In this document: one piece after another, positions 33,335 to 43,366 of the stretch
Layout: each line of letters starts with the position of its first letter
Position numbering within the stretch: the first letter of the stretch is position 1
NCBI GenBank assembly: GCA_963749155.1
Contig: CAVVLO010000003.1
Span: 480,001 to 544,000, forward strand
DNA: 64,000 nt
Direction: 5' to 3'
Origin: an uncultured Armatimonadia bacterium
GTDB taxonomy: Bacteria; Armatimonadota; Zipacnadia; CAVVLO01
Translations under genes and position numbers: made by a program
Notes under the pieces: model-generated
Database searches by the model: none
What the model was told of the DNA's origin: nothing
The model's input: the letters and a program-made list of their open reading frames with translations, nothing else

Positions 33335-34312
33335 CTACCTCTTCCTCAGCTTCACGACGAGGAAAACGAGTAGTAGCACCGCCAAGGGCGGCAAGGGCGT
33401 AGGCGAAGCTCTGTCGCGCCCCAGCGGTTTATGTTGCCAAGCAATCCGGTGAGTACTACCTCCAGCAAGTAGTGGTGGCCCACTGCAGAACCGCACCGGT
33501 CTTGCGTCGACATATAGCGCTCGCCAAGGAGGGCGTCCATCGTTGCCGTTAGCGGTCGAGCAAGCTGTCGTTTATAGCGAGACACTCCAGACCAGCTTCC
33601 AGGCGGCGTGACGTTCGTAACTGAGGTCGAAGTAAAACAACTCAATCTGCTCATGCTGGTAATCAGCTCCCAGTTGAACCTGCTCTCCTGTAATTCCAGC
33701 AGATGTTGCAATCTCGGCTACTAGCGTTGTAAACGCGATCGTGATGCTTGTGCAGCTGCGATAGCAGGTGGCACGGCGTTGGCCTAAGGTGTAGACGCAC
33801 TTAAGGCACGCAGTCACAGCGTGCTACATCGAACAGCTATCAGAGGGTGGAATCGGTCGTATCTTCAAGCCGTTTCTGCTGAAGTCAACGACCAGCGTAC
33901 TCTAAGCCACAGTCGGCAGCATTAGTGCTGTGACTCGCCGGCAGCTGGGTCATCAATGCGAGAACGACTTGGCAAGATGTAGCAGAAAGCCCAGCCCGTG
34001 CTCGAGCTACTTATTCGATTCGGGTAAGGCGACGTTCCGTATGGTTCATCAGGCTAAAGCTCTTCAAACGTGTAACTCGCGCGCGAGAGCTGCCATCTGC
34101 GAGCTGGCACAACGTAACCGGTTACTCACAGTTGTCACCGACGTTACGTTTTCGTAGAAGCGTTCCGAGTCTGGACCAGACCATGTAAAGGATCCCGGTC
34201 CAAGTCTAGGCGGACGGCGGAGTCAGCGCAGAGTATTGGCTGTCGCAGTATCACAACGCAACATCAGCAGCACAAGAGAAAAGATGAGGGCAAACAGTAC
34301 ACAGAGTTTCAC
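33335..34312 (-). pseudogene. AT-richer putative surface protein with signal peptide and C-terminal TM+KLRKR anchor; heavily frameshifted (pseudogene or consensus error)
   Basis: RBS GGAGG, then GTG 34312 giving MKLCVLFALIFSLVLLML. The 3' end encodes LAVLLLVFLVVKLRKR* with stop at 33335-33337. Confidence 0.5.
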
Positions 34313-34415
34313 GGCACAGCACCTCCATATTTATGGACGGCGATGTGACCACTGCTGTGAGTCGCGGCGGGACTTGGGCGTGTCGTTTTAGCCTCTACTA
34401 GCCCGCTCTGTATAT

Positions 34416-34447
34416 ATTTTACCCCCCCCCCCCCCCGAAATTGGCAA
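34416..34447 (-). promoter_or_regulatory. Sigma70-like promoter with a G15 tract in the spacer
   Basis: Minus strand reads TTGCCA-ATTTC-G15-TAAAAT, a 20 bp spacer as assembled. Confidence 0.55.
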
Positions 34448-34640
34448 GCATTTTGAGGAAGTTTCTTATCATATCCGGAATCTCTGCGGGAGACCAACCC
34501 TCGCAGCCAGAGGCTTCGGTTTCGGGACAAGAGCTCGTCCCGAAACAACAAACTGCTGCCTCCCTGGCGGGAATCTCCCCCTGGCTGGAGAAGACCGGCA
34601 GCAACCAGCCCTCCAGACTGGTGATGGAGTTGAGTTCGAG

Positions 34641-36712
34641 ATGACCACTCTGGCACGTTTTGCATCGTTGTCTTTCCTTCTCCTGGCACTCGGTCTGACC
34701 TGCCTGACGGCGTTGGCTGCTGACAAGGTCGGCACCTGGCAGCGCTGGGAACACTCCCTGACAAGCACCGTCGAGTACTCCAACCCCTGCACCGAGGTGA
34801 CCCTGCGCGCGCGGTTCGAGGGGCCAGAACGGAGCGAGGCGCGAGGCGCTCGGATTCTGGGATGGCGAGGACCAGTTCGTTATCCGCTGTGCCTTCCCCG
34901 TGCCAGGCGAATGGCGCTGGTCCACCACCTGCTCGGACGAGTCCAATGCGGGCCTGCATCGCCAGTCAGGCGTGGTGCAGGTGAAACGCTCTCAGGGCGA
35001 CTCTCCGCTGCTGGAACACGGTTATCTGAAGGTCTCGGAGGACGGCCGGTTGCTGGTCCACGACGATGGCACGCCCTTCCTCTGGCTGGGCGACACCTGC
35101 TGGGCAGCGCCCGTCCACGCCACCAAAGAGGAATGGACCGCCTATGTCGCTAACCGAGCCGCCAAAGGCTACTCGGTGTTGCAGCTTTCCATCGCGCCAG
35201 ATTGGGCGCTGGAGCACTCCAGGCTGGGTATCGCGCCCTTCCTGTCCGAGCTGCCCGACATCACCAAACCCAATCCGGTCTTCTTCCAGGAACTGGACCG
35301 CAAGCTCGCCGAGGCCAATGACCGCGGGCTGGTAGTGATGATGGTCGGGTTGATGGAGACACCCCATCGCTATCCCCCGCCCGAGCAGGTCGCCGTGCTA
35401 AGTCGCTACGTGGCGGCGCGCTACAGCTCTTTCGAGGTGATCTTGTCGCCGAGTTTCGACAGCGGCATCCACGCGGACATCACCGAGGCCGCGGCCCAGG
35501 CAGTCCGGGAGGCGGCCCCTGACAACCTGATCACGATGCACGAGGGCACAGGTGTCGGGCCGTACTTCCACTCGGCGGATTGGCTCTCTTTCGATATGTA
35601 CCAGAGCGGCCACAACGGCGGAGATGCCGCCAGGCAGTCGGCGCGAGCGATTGGGATGGCCGCCGAGGTGCTGGCTCTCACCCCGCGCAAGCCGCTCGTC
35701 AACGGAGAGGCCATCTACGAGGGCGATCTGGGCAGCGCGTATGACGTGCGGCGCACGGCCTGGCTCACTTTCCTGTCAGGCGCGGTGGGCTACACCGCCG
35801 GCATCAACGAGGTCTACTCCTGGGAGCCTGACGTGATGAGCAGGCTGGATGTGCCCTCGAGCGATATGATGGCCCTGCTTGGCCGGCTGCTGCGGACACT
35901 GCCCTGGTGGACTTTCGAAGCAGCGCCTGAGCGCCTGCTCAACCAGCCCGAAGACCGCGCGCTCCTGATGGCTTTCACGCTGACCCTGGACAAATCGCTT
36001 GGGCCTGGCCTATCTGCCCAACAATGAGGGGATAATCCTCGACCTGTCAGGTTGCCTGGAAACGTATGCTGCCCTCTGGATAAACCCGGCGACAGGCCAG
36101 AGAGTCGATGGGGCGGAGGTTATGTCTTCCGCAAGGACAACACTGATCCCGCCTGACAGGCGCGACTGGCTGCTGGTGCTTGCGAAGCCGGATTCCGAGC
36201 CCCTGAAGCGCCTCAAGCAGGGCTTCAAACGGGGTGTTGAGAGTCGCGAGCCGGTGGCCTCGATCGTCTTCGACGGGAAGACGCCCACTAATGGCCTTGT
36301 GCAGAAGAGCCCCGCCGATGGCGTGTGGACTCCTACCTCCCTCGCGGGGGTTGGGTGCCTCGCCAACGAGAATCCAGCGCGCAACAGTTATCTCTATTTC
36401 GACGTGGACGACCGCCTGGCGTTCCGGGACGGGGTAGCCCTGATGCGGGTAGAGGTCCGACTGCGCTCTGACGCCCCTCTGACAGGCCTGCAGCTTCAGT
36501 ATGACGCCCGGGGACCAGCCGAGGTAGATACCCGCTACCAGCCAGTTGCCCCGGCCTCAAAGACCCAGGACGGCGACTGGACCGTAGTAATCTTCGAGGC
36601 TCCCACCCCGTATCTGGGCAACCGGGAGAACAGCGGAGCGGACTTCCGGCTCTTCTTCAACCGCGAACTCGTCCACGTGGCCTCAGTGGAGGTGCGCCTC
36701 GAAGGCGACTAG
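34641..36712 (+). CDS. DUF5060/DUF4038 apiosidase-like glycoside hydrolase with collagen-binding-like and extra C-terminal domains; frameshifts near 34840 and 36000
   Basis: Signal peptide, PGEWRWSTTCSD, DGTPFLWLGDTCW, MYQSGH, KPLVNGEAIYE and WINPATG. Confidence 0.8.
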
Positions 36713-36759
36713 CGTAGCGCCCTTCCCTGTGAAGTGTGAAAGGCCAGACAGAAACGCCG

Positions 36760-36786
36760 AGGGAGGCCCTGAAAAAGGGCCTCCCT
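36760..36786. terminator. Hairpin between convergent genes
   Basis: AGGGAGGCCCT-GAAAA-AGGGCCTCCCT followed by TATT. Confidence 0.6.
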
Positions 36787-36855
36787 TATTGTCTCTGTCG
36801 GCTCCGTTGTATCGGGCCACTCTTGTCCCGATACCAGGGCTAAGGCCCTGCGCGT

Positions 36856-37787
36856 CTACCTCTTCCTCAGCTTCACGGCGAGGAAGATGACGCAGCAAGC
36901 CCGCCAAGGCGGCGAGGGCGTAGGGTATGGATTGTTGTTGAGATTTATCCTGCACATTCGCTAGAGGAAGGCAGTTCTAAGCGTCACTGGGCGAATACCA
37001 GCGATTGGGGGAGGTGAACTCATCTGGCCCGTGTTAGCATCTAGGACGACGCCTTCACTTTCTGGTAGTCCGTCACTGGATCCAGCTTCCGGGTGCTTTG
37101 TCCGGATAATGTTGATGTTGTAGAAGGCGCCAGGAGTAGGCAGCTTCATGTAGCCCTTTGGATTATTCGAATAGTAAAGGCCTGGCGTTTCCTCTGGGGC
37201 ATATGCGCCTCTCTCTTGTAATTCAGTTTCAGTAAGTCCGGTAGTGGCGGACATACGCCGAAGTGCCTCGCTCACAGCCATATTACAGGCTTCTTCAGCT
37301 GATAACCTTACATCGCCAATTGTAAGATTCGGGATAGGTTCTTCACCTGCTGTAAATGAAATAACACCCTTCCCGTCGTCAGTCAGCCGCATACTCAAAC
37401 TGGGTGGTATGCGACAGCCTTCTTGCCTGCCTGCAAATGATACCTGCCTTGCATGTGTTTCATGTAGAACACGTGCCGTCAGTTGTTCCACGTTGTAGCT
37501 TCCCGGGACAAGCTGCTTTGCGAAGGCCCTGGCTTTGGCAACTAAGTCATCATCCGAGATAGTAATGCCCGGAAACCGACTTGCTCGGATGATGTAGGCT
37601 GTAATCATAATAACGCTTCAGAAGCTCGCTACTGCTCTGAAATTCTACTTCCGGCTGGCGGTGTTCACCCAAGCCCGTCACAATGAAGCAGGCTGGATCT
37701 TTTGTTTGCTTCAATGTCAGCTAGACACAGAACAGCCAGTAAGTAATGCAATAGCAGCTTTACCTGTAAGGGGATCTTCTGTTGCAT
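36856..37787 (-). CDS. AT-richer putative surface protein with C-terminal TM+KLRKR anchor; frameshifted
   Basis: ATG 37787 gives MQQKIPLQVKLLLHYLLAVLCLA. The core is ORF 36961-37608, and the tail reads QQSIPYALAALAGLL / VIFLAVKLRKR* with stop at 36856-36858. Confidence 0.5.
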
Positions 37788-37852
37788 AACTCACAGTTAC
37801 ATGTAACGATATACTGAGTATACATAATGTAACTAAAAATACTAGTTGTTTC

Positions 37853-38780
37853 CTATTGCGGTGGTACATCATAATACACCCCAGCTAGAGTGCCGTTGAT
37901 GACTACATTATCCGTCTCGGCAACAAGGCCTTCAATCGGCCTCCGCAAGATCGATGTTTTCTGTGTCTTGGCACCAAGCGATCGCACCATATGTTGCCTG
38001 TGAAGCCGACTGGTTTGCCTCAAGCATTCGATACCAGAATTGGTCCCCAAAGCTGTCAGCGACTTCTCCACAGACCAACACGACAGTCCATCCGATAGCA
38101 CAGTCGGCACGCAATCCCCACTGCTTCCTCCAGCAGGCTGCGCGCGTAGGTCATCCACGCCTCGGGCAAGCCATAAAAGACGCAGCTACAGGCGTGGCCT
38201 TTCTCCAGCTCGCGCCAGCAGCGGATCTCGTCCACGTAGACGAACACGATATCGGGCCGTTGCGGCTGGTGCATCAGTTGCTGCACGAGGCCATCTTCTG
38301 CGAGCCAGTTACGTTCCTTGTCCTGATACGAGTTAGCCCATCTTCGATCAAGACCGATCCGGGTGATGCGGTAGGATACGCGATTCATCTTGAAGACTGA
38401 CTGGCTCGAAGGCGGCGTGCCCCCGTAGACCGGTCTAGGTAAGTGGATCTGACTGGTGGATATGCTGCCGAAGCCACTCGCCACTTGTACGCGCCCAACG
38501 TTGTGCCCATCCGCTGATCGAACCACCGATACCCAGTACCACGCCGGAGGCCTCCGACAGCTCTACATTGGTGAGGTTGATGGTACCGCCTGCTGGATTG
38601 CCAAAATCGAAGGCTAGCTCAGCCAGCACCCGTAGGTGGCGGCTCCGATAGTGGCGCCAGTGTTAGGCCAGATGACACTCAACGTAACTGTGGGAGCGGC
38701 GTGACATACCCCCCCCAAGATGTTAAAGCAACAAGCGCAATCAGCGCCATCAGTGAGACGGTGAAGCGTTTCAAAGACAT
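37853..38780 (-). CDS. AT-richer putative secreted protein; several frameshifts, including one at a G8 tract
   Basis: ATG 38780 gives MSLKRFTVSLMALIALVALTSWGG; one extra G would continue into VCHA-APTVTLSVIWPNTG. ORF fragments continue to ...GVYYDVPPQ* at 37853. Confidence 0.45.
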
Positions 38781-39037
38781 CACTCCCATCTTTCAGATTG
38801 ATGCTGCATGAAACCCTTTGTGTCTCGTGCGCGCGCCTTGCTTCCCTCCTTTGGCGGTCGTTACCCGATATGCGCTTCTCACCCAAATACAGTCTACCAC
38901 TATTCTGGTTTTCCGCAACCCCTCCGGATAAGAAAGACAACTCTGTTGCATAAAAAATATTAACTTGTGCGTTTACAACTGGCCCCAGAGACCTGCTCCC
39001 TTGCGCAGGGCGAGTCAGTATCACAGCGAAACCGGAC

Positions 39038-40498
39038 TCAGGCGAACTCCTCCGGATGACGCTTGCGGAGGGCTTCGCTAGCCCAACCGCGTTCTGTCTT
39101 CTCGAGCCAATCACAATAACGCTTGAGCTGGCCGCGCGCGTGATGCGGCCCGCCCTCGCGCATTACCTTCCACATCGGATCGATGTCATAATCGCTGGTG
39201 GCCATCTGGGCCTCTTGCCAGTCGAGGATCAGCTTCGAGCCGCGTTCGCATACTTCGGGGAAGTGTTCGGCCACATTGCCCTGTTCATGCGGGTCGGTGT
39301 CCAGCTTGTAGAGCATATCCTCGGGGAACAGGTGGAACCCGTCGTGGATGGTGCGCGTGTACAGCCAGTCGTCGAACCGGGCGCTACGCTGACAGACATG
39401 CACGCATTGGCTGACGACGATATGGTCTCGCGAGGCCTCGGCGCCGTTGCTGATGGCGGGCGCAAAGCTCTGGCCATCCCAGCGGTTGGGCATACTCACG
39501 CCCAGCAATTCGGCCAGCGTGGGCATCAGGTCTATATTCAGATGCAGGCCGGTATCCACATGGGCTTTCTTCGCATCGGGCCAGCGGATGATAAGCGGGA
39601 TATGAGTCGTGATCTCATCGGCGGTCGCATGCTCGCCCCAGATGCCAAGTTCGCCCAGGTTCTCGCCGTGGTCGGCGCTGATGATGATGGTCAGGTCGTC
39701 CATCACGCCCTGCTTCGCCAGCGCCTCGAAGAGCATCCCGATGTGCCCGTCCACATAGCGGACCCCGCAGTCGTAGCCGTCAATCATCCGGCGGACGTCT
39801 TTCATATCGCACAGCTCGCCGGGATGCCGGGGATAGCGCGGGTTGGTCACATTGTCGTACATATTGATTTCGCGCGCGCCGTGAGGGCCGGCCATCTGGC
39901 GATGCTGCTCCAGCACCTCGGGGGTCAGCCACGCGGGCAACGGGTCATCGGCGAAGGGGTCGCCGAAGGCTTCGGGCGCCCGGTACGGGGTATGGGGATC
40001 CCAGTAGTTGACATGGAGGAACCAGTTGTCCTCCTTGGCGTTCTGCTCAATCCATCTGAGAGCGGTCGGAGTGATGTCTTCGGCCGATTCCATCCCGCCC
40101 TTGCCCGTATTGTAGTATTCGGTGAAGGCGGCCAGGAACCACCAGGCGCCGTGGCGCTCGGCGAAGGGGCTGATGGTGACAGGCTTGAGGCCCGCGCGCT
40201 TCAGCATCGCGCCCATCCCTTCGTTGGCCATCCGGTCGCGGAACCCGCGCGAGGAACCTTGCAGCCACATATCTCCGCAGGTGCCCCCGTGGCCGACGAC
40301 TCCCGTGTGGATGCCATACCGCCCGCTCATCAGCGCCGCCCGAGAAGGCATACAAGGCGCATCGGAGCAGTGATAATGCGAGAACCGCACGCCCTGCCCG
40401 GCGATCTCGTCGATATTGGGCGAGGTGTCTCGGTGGTAGCCATAACAGCCCAGGTGGTCGGGCCGCAGAGTATCAATATCGAGGAATAGTACGCGCAA
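39038..40498 (-). CDS. Sulfatase (S1, Cys-type)
   Basis: LDIDTLRPDHLG, CMPSRAALMSG, WDPHTPY, ADHGE. Confidence 0.92.
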   Translation of the reverse strand: MRVLFLDIDTLRPDHLGCYGYHRDTSPNIDEIAGQGVRFSHYHCSDAPCMPSRAALMSGRYGIHTGVVGHGGTCGDMWLQGSSRGFRDRMANEGMGAMLKRAGLKPVTISPFAERHGAWWFLAAFTEYYNTGKGGMESAEDITPTALRWIEQNAKEDNWFLHVNYWDPHTPYRAPEAFGDPFADDPLPAWLTPEVLEQHRQMAGPHGAREINMYDNVTNPRYPRHPGELCDMKDVRRMIDGYDCGVRYVDGHIGMLFEALAKQGVMDDLTIIISADHGENLGELGIWGEHATADEITTHIPLIIRWPDAKKAHVDTGLHLNIDLMPTLAELLGVSMPNRWDGQSFAPAISNGAEASRDHIVVSQCVHVCQRSARFDDWLYTRTIHDGFHLFPEDMLYKLDTDPHEQGNVAEHFPEVCERGSKLILDWQEAQMATSDYDIDPMWKVMREGGPHHARGQLKRYCDWLEKTERGWASEALRKRHPEEFA

Positions 40499-40635
40499 CT
40501 GAGTTCCCCCCTGAAGGATGCAATCTATATTCCAGACCCTGGCTAGCTCTCTAGTTCGCTTGGAGCGTGCTTATACCTTTTACCGATGATATAATCCGCT
40601 CTGCATAACCGCCAGTAAAAGGAGTGGTTTCCAGA

Positions 40636-41520
40636 ATGCAGTTGCTTGTAGCGCCTGATCTACGGACACGATTTTTCCTCTGTTGTTTCTTATTCCTGTT
40701 AGTCAGTTCTTGTCTTGTGGGATGTGGAGGCGGCAACGACGGCCCCGACCTGCGTAGCACTCTAGTCTTTGTCTCGTATCGTGATGGCAATAATCAGCTC
40801 TATGCGATGGATGAAAACGGCGACGATCTGATCCGTCTCACAAACAACCTGTTCTATGATAGCGATCCAGCAATCTCACCAGATGGCGCCAAGATTGCTT
40901 TTGTGCGTCGTGAAGGGACTGGGGACGCCGAAATATATGTAATGGACAGCACCGGCGAGAACGAAGTAAACATTACCAATGATCCTGGTAACGATTACAA
41001 TCCTTCCTGGTCTCCTGATGGCTCCAAAATCGTGTTCCATAGTGGACGCACTGGGACTTGGCAGATTTTCGTGATAGACGCCGATGGTGGTAATGTGACC
41101 CAGGTTACCACAACCCCCCATAACTACTATCCCTGCTGGTCACCTGTCAGCGACTGGGTAGTCTATACCAGCAATAGAAACGGGAGCGGAGACGTTTATA
41201 CAATCAACGTCGATGGGACTGGTGAATACCAACTCACCACTGGGGGCAATGAGGACTGGGAGCCAGCCTGGTCTCCTGATGGAGAACATATTGCCTTCAG
41301 TAGAGACGGAGCCCTCTGGGCAATGGAAGAAGACGGCAGTGATCAACACCAAGTGCTTACTGGTACTGCTGGCTCCCCAACCTGGTCTCCTGATGGCAGT
41401 CAGTTGGCCTTATCGGGTCAAGGTGACATCTATAAGGTAGATTCCGATGGAGCCAATCTTACCCAGCTTACGGATGAGATCGAAGACAAGCAGCCTGACT
41501 GGGGTATGCTCTTGAGATAG
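40636..41520 (+). CDS. TolB-like PD40-repeat beta-propeller lipoprotein
   Basis: Lipobox LVGC-GGG and repeated P(A/S)WSPDG motifs. Confidence 0.85.
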   Translation: MQLLVAPDLRTRFFLCCFLFLLVSSCLVGCGGGNDGPDLRSTLVFVSYRDGNNQLYAMDENGDDLIRLTNNLFYDSDPAISPDGAKIAFVRREGTGDAEIYVMDSTGENEVNITNDPGNDYNPSWSPDGSKIVFHSGRTGTWQIFVIDADGGNVTQVTTTPHNYYPCWSPVSDWVVYTSNRNGSGDVYTINVDGTGEYQLTTGGNEDWEPAWSPDGEHIAFSRDGALWAMEEDGSDQHQVLTGTAGSPTWSPDGSQLALSGQGDIYKVDSDGANLTQLTDEIEDKQPDWGMLLR

Positions 41521-41540
41521 CCTGCAAGTGATCGAGATAC

Positions 41541-41579
41541 AAAAGCCAGCTGGAGCTTGCGCTCCGGCTGGTTTTTTTT
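41541..41579. terminator. Bidirectional intrinsic terminator
   Basis: AAAAGCCAGCTGGAGC...GCTCCGGCTGGTTTTTTTT between convergent genes. Confidence 0.8.
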
Positions 41580-41591
41580 CGACTGGTATTG

Positions 41592-43302
41592 TTACTGGAT
41601 GAAATACAGCAGTCCATCGTTGAAGTGTAGCGCAGCGAGCTCCGCGGGAGGAGGAGGGATAGGCGGACCTTCGATGACCACCGGCAGGATGGCTTCGAGC
41701 CCCTTGTGATCCAGCGCGTAGTGCCATTCGCGTCCAACCCAGTCGGAGTGACTGGCTGCCGTAGACCAGAACAGCAGGAACACATCAGCCTCGTCTATAT
41801 GATGGTAGAGGGACTTCTCCCATAACTCTCCCGGCTGCAGGTCGAGTATGTCCTGGAAGAATCCGATTCCGGCAGTTTTTAGCATCTGGACGCGCTTAAG
41901 CACTTCCGGCCGGTCCTGCGAGGCATAAGATACGAAGGCTTTGGAGAAGCGTTTGGCTTCGCCGGCTGGCGCCAGGGGTATCTGCGATTTAACTGGCGCG
42001 CCCTCAGCCACCCTCAGGCCGAAGGAGATGCGCCCGATGGGCACGGAGTTTTGGCTAACCGTAAGGGTGCCCACCGCAAGACCTGGCTCATCGCCCATAG
42101 TGACTGTGAAGCTGGCGTAGCAGGGACGCCCCTCCCAGACAACCTCATATGGGGGGGAGGTGGCTTCCAAAGCTCCCTCGAAGGAGAGACTCAGCGTGAC
42201 CTTGTCGCCGACGACAAGGCGAGTTCCCAGCGAGGTCCAGCCGCGCTTCGCGGCTGTTTCGTCAAACTGGAGCGCCTGCCGCTCTGCCTCTTCGGCCTGC
42301 TCGGGCCTGTACAGCCAGGCCTGGACGAAGGTCGCCTCCCTTGGCCGCGTGGGCTCCTTCGGCGCGAACACGGAGCAGTCAACGGGCTCACCGTGGGCGT
42401 CTAACTCGGGAGATCCTCGGTTTATGCCTTCGGTGTTCCACGGCGTTCCGGGCACCGGTCAGGTCGGGCAGTGGCTCTACATAGTCTGCCGTTACACCTG
42501 GCCCCGGCTCCTCATCTATTAGCAGCAGAGGATCTTCGTCATAGTAGATCTCTTCCGAAGGTCCCAGCACCCAGTCTGTAACCCGGCCAAGCCAGGAACG
42601 CTTGGGGGGGTTGGGTTCCGCCTCGTCGGCGAAGGCGGTGTCGAAGGTGTCGTCCAGGATTTCAGTGACCTGAGGGTCCGGTCCGAGGTTAAGGACGGGT
42701 CGGCAGCGTGCTCGGTGTCCCTGACAAGTGCTTGGCTTCCTCGAGCCGCTTGTGGAGATCGAGCCCCAAGCTGGGCAGAGCTTGCCTCCTGTCAGCTGGG
42801 TGATTAAGACGCAGCCGAAGGAACGACGAGCGTTTCGTCTCGGAGACTAGCCGATTGCAGTCCAGGCCTGGCCGTCCAGGGTCCATGTCCGGTCAAGTAG
42901 TGAGCTGACCTCGGTCTCACTCAGCACGGAGGAAAGCCCGCATTCGAGCAGTGCGTGGGCAGTGGCGTGAAGGAGTGCCCGCACGAGTTGCTTCGTAGTA
43001 TCCGAGCAAACCCCTGCGTCCGTGATCTGCAATCGTACGCTCTGAGGGGGCTCTGCAGAGTCTCCCAAAACCGCGATGGTCATGGCCCGGAGAGGTACCC
43101 CTGGGCTAAGCCGAAGGTCGGTTCCCACTTGCTGCGCTGCGGAAGACCAGTAGAGGATGATATCGGAGGCCTCAGAGCTGGCACTCGAGTTCGGAGGGGA
43201 ATCGGAGAAGCCCAGCGAGCATCGCCGTGAGGCCCTCCTGCCGGGAGCGCCTCGAGCAGCCGTCGCATCCTGATAGTCGGTCGCAAAGAGGAGTATAACC
43301 AC
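41592..43302 (-). CDS. TIR-domain protein (C-terminal TIR_2-type); frameshifted, probably one gene
   Basis: AFVSYASQDR, FFQDILDLQPGELW, DVFLLFWSTAASHSDWVGREW in 41592-42455. Upstream fragments 42388-42570, 42689-42886 and 42847-43302 follow a GGAGG RBS with no separate RBS evident between them. Confidence 0.7.
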
Positions 43303-43366
43303 CCTCAGCCCCTCCCCGCCAGAAGATGGGAGGGCCAGCTTTCGCCGGCCCTCCCCCACTTGCTGC

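Noticed and set aside
33264..36924. Direct repeats as prophage/ICE att sites or a DGR template/variable pair
   Set aside because: No integrase, tRNA or reverse transcriptase; differences are not adenine-specific and the repeat encodes a protein tail.
39056..40489. 477 aa plus-strand ORF
   Set aside because: Antisense shadow of a clear sulfatase, typical of GC-rich DNA. The same applies to 8320-9597, 15903-16880, 44544-46067 and 59326-60993.
40636..41520. tolB gene symbol
   Set aside because: Only the propeller is present, as a lipoprotein, with no tolQRA/pal neighbours.
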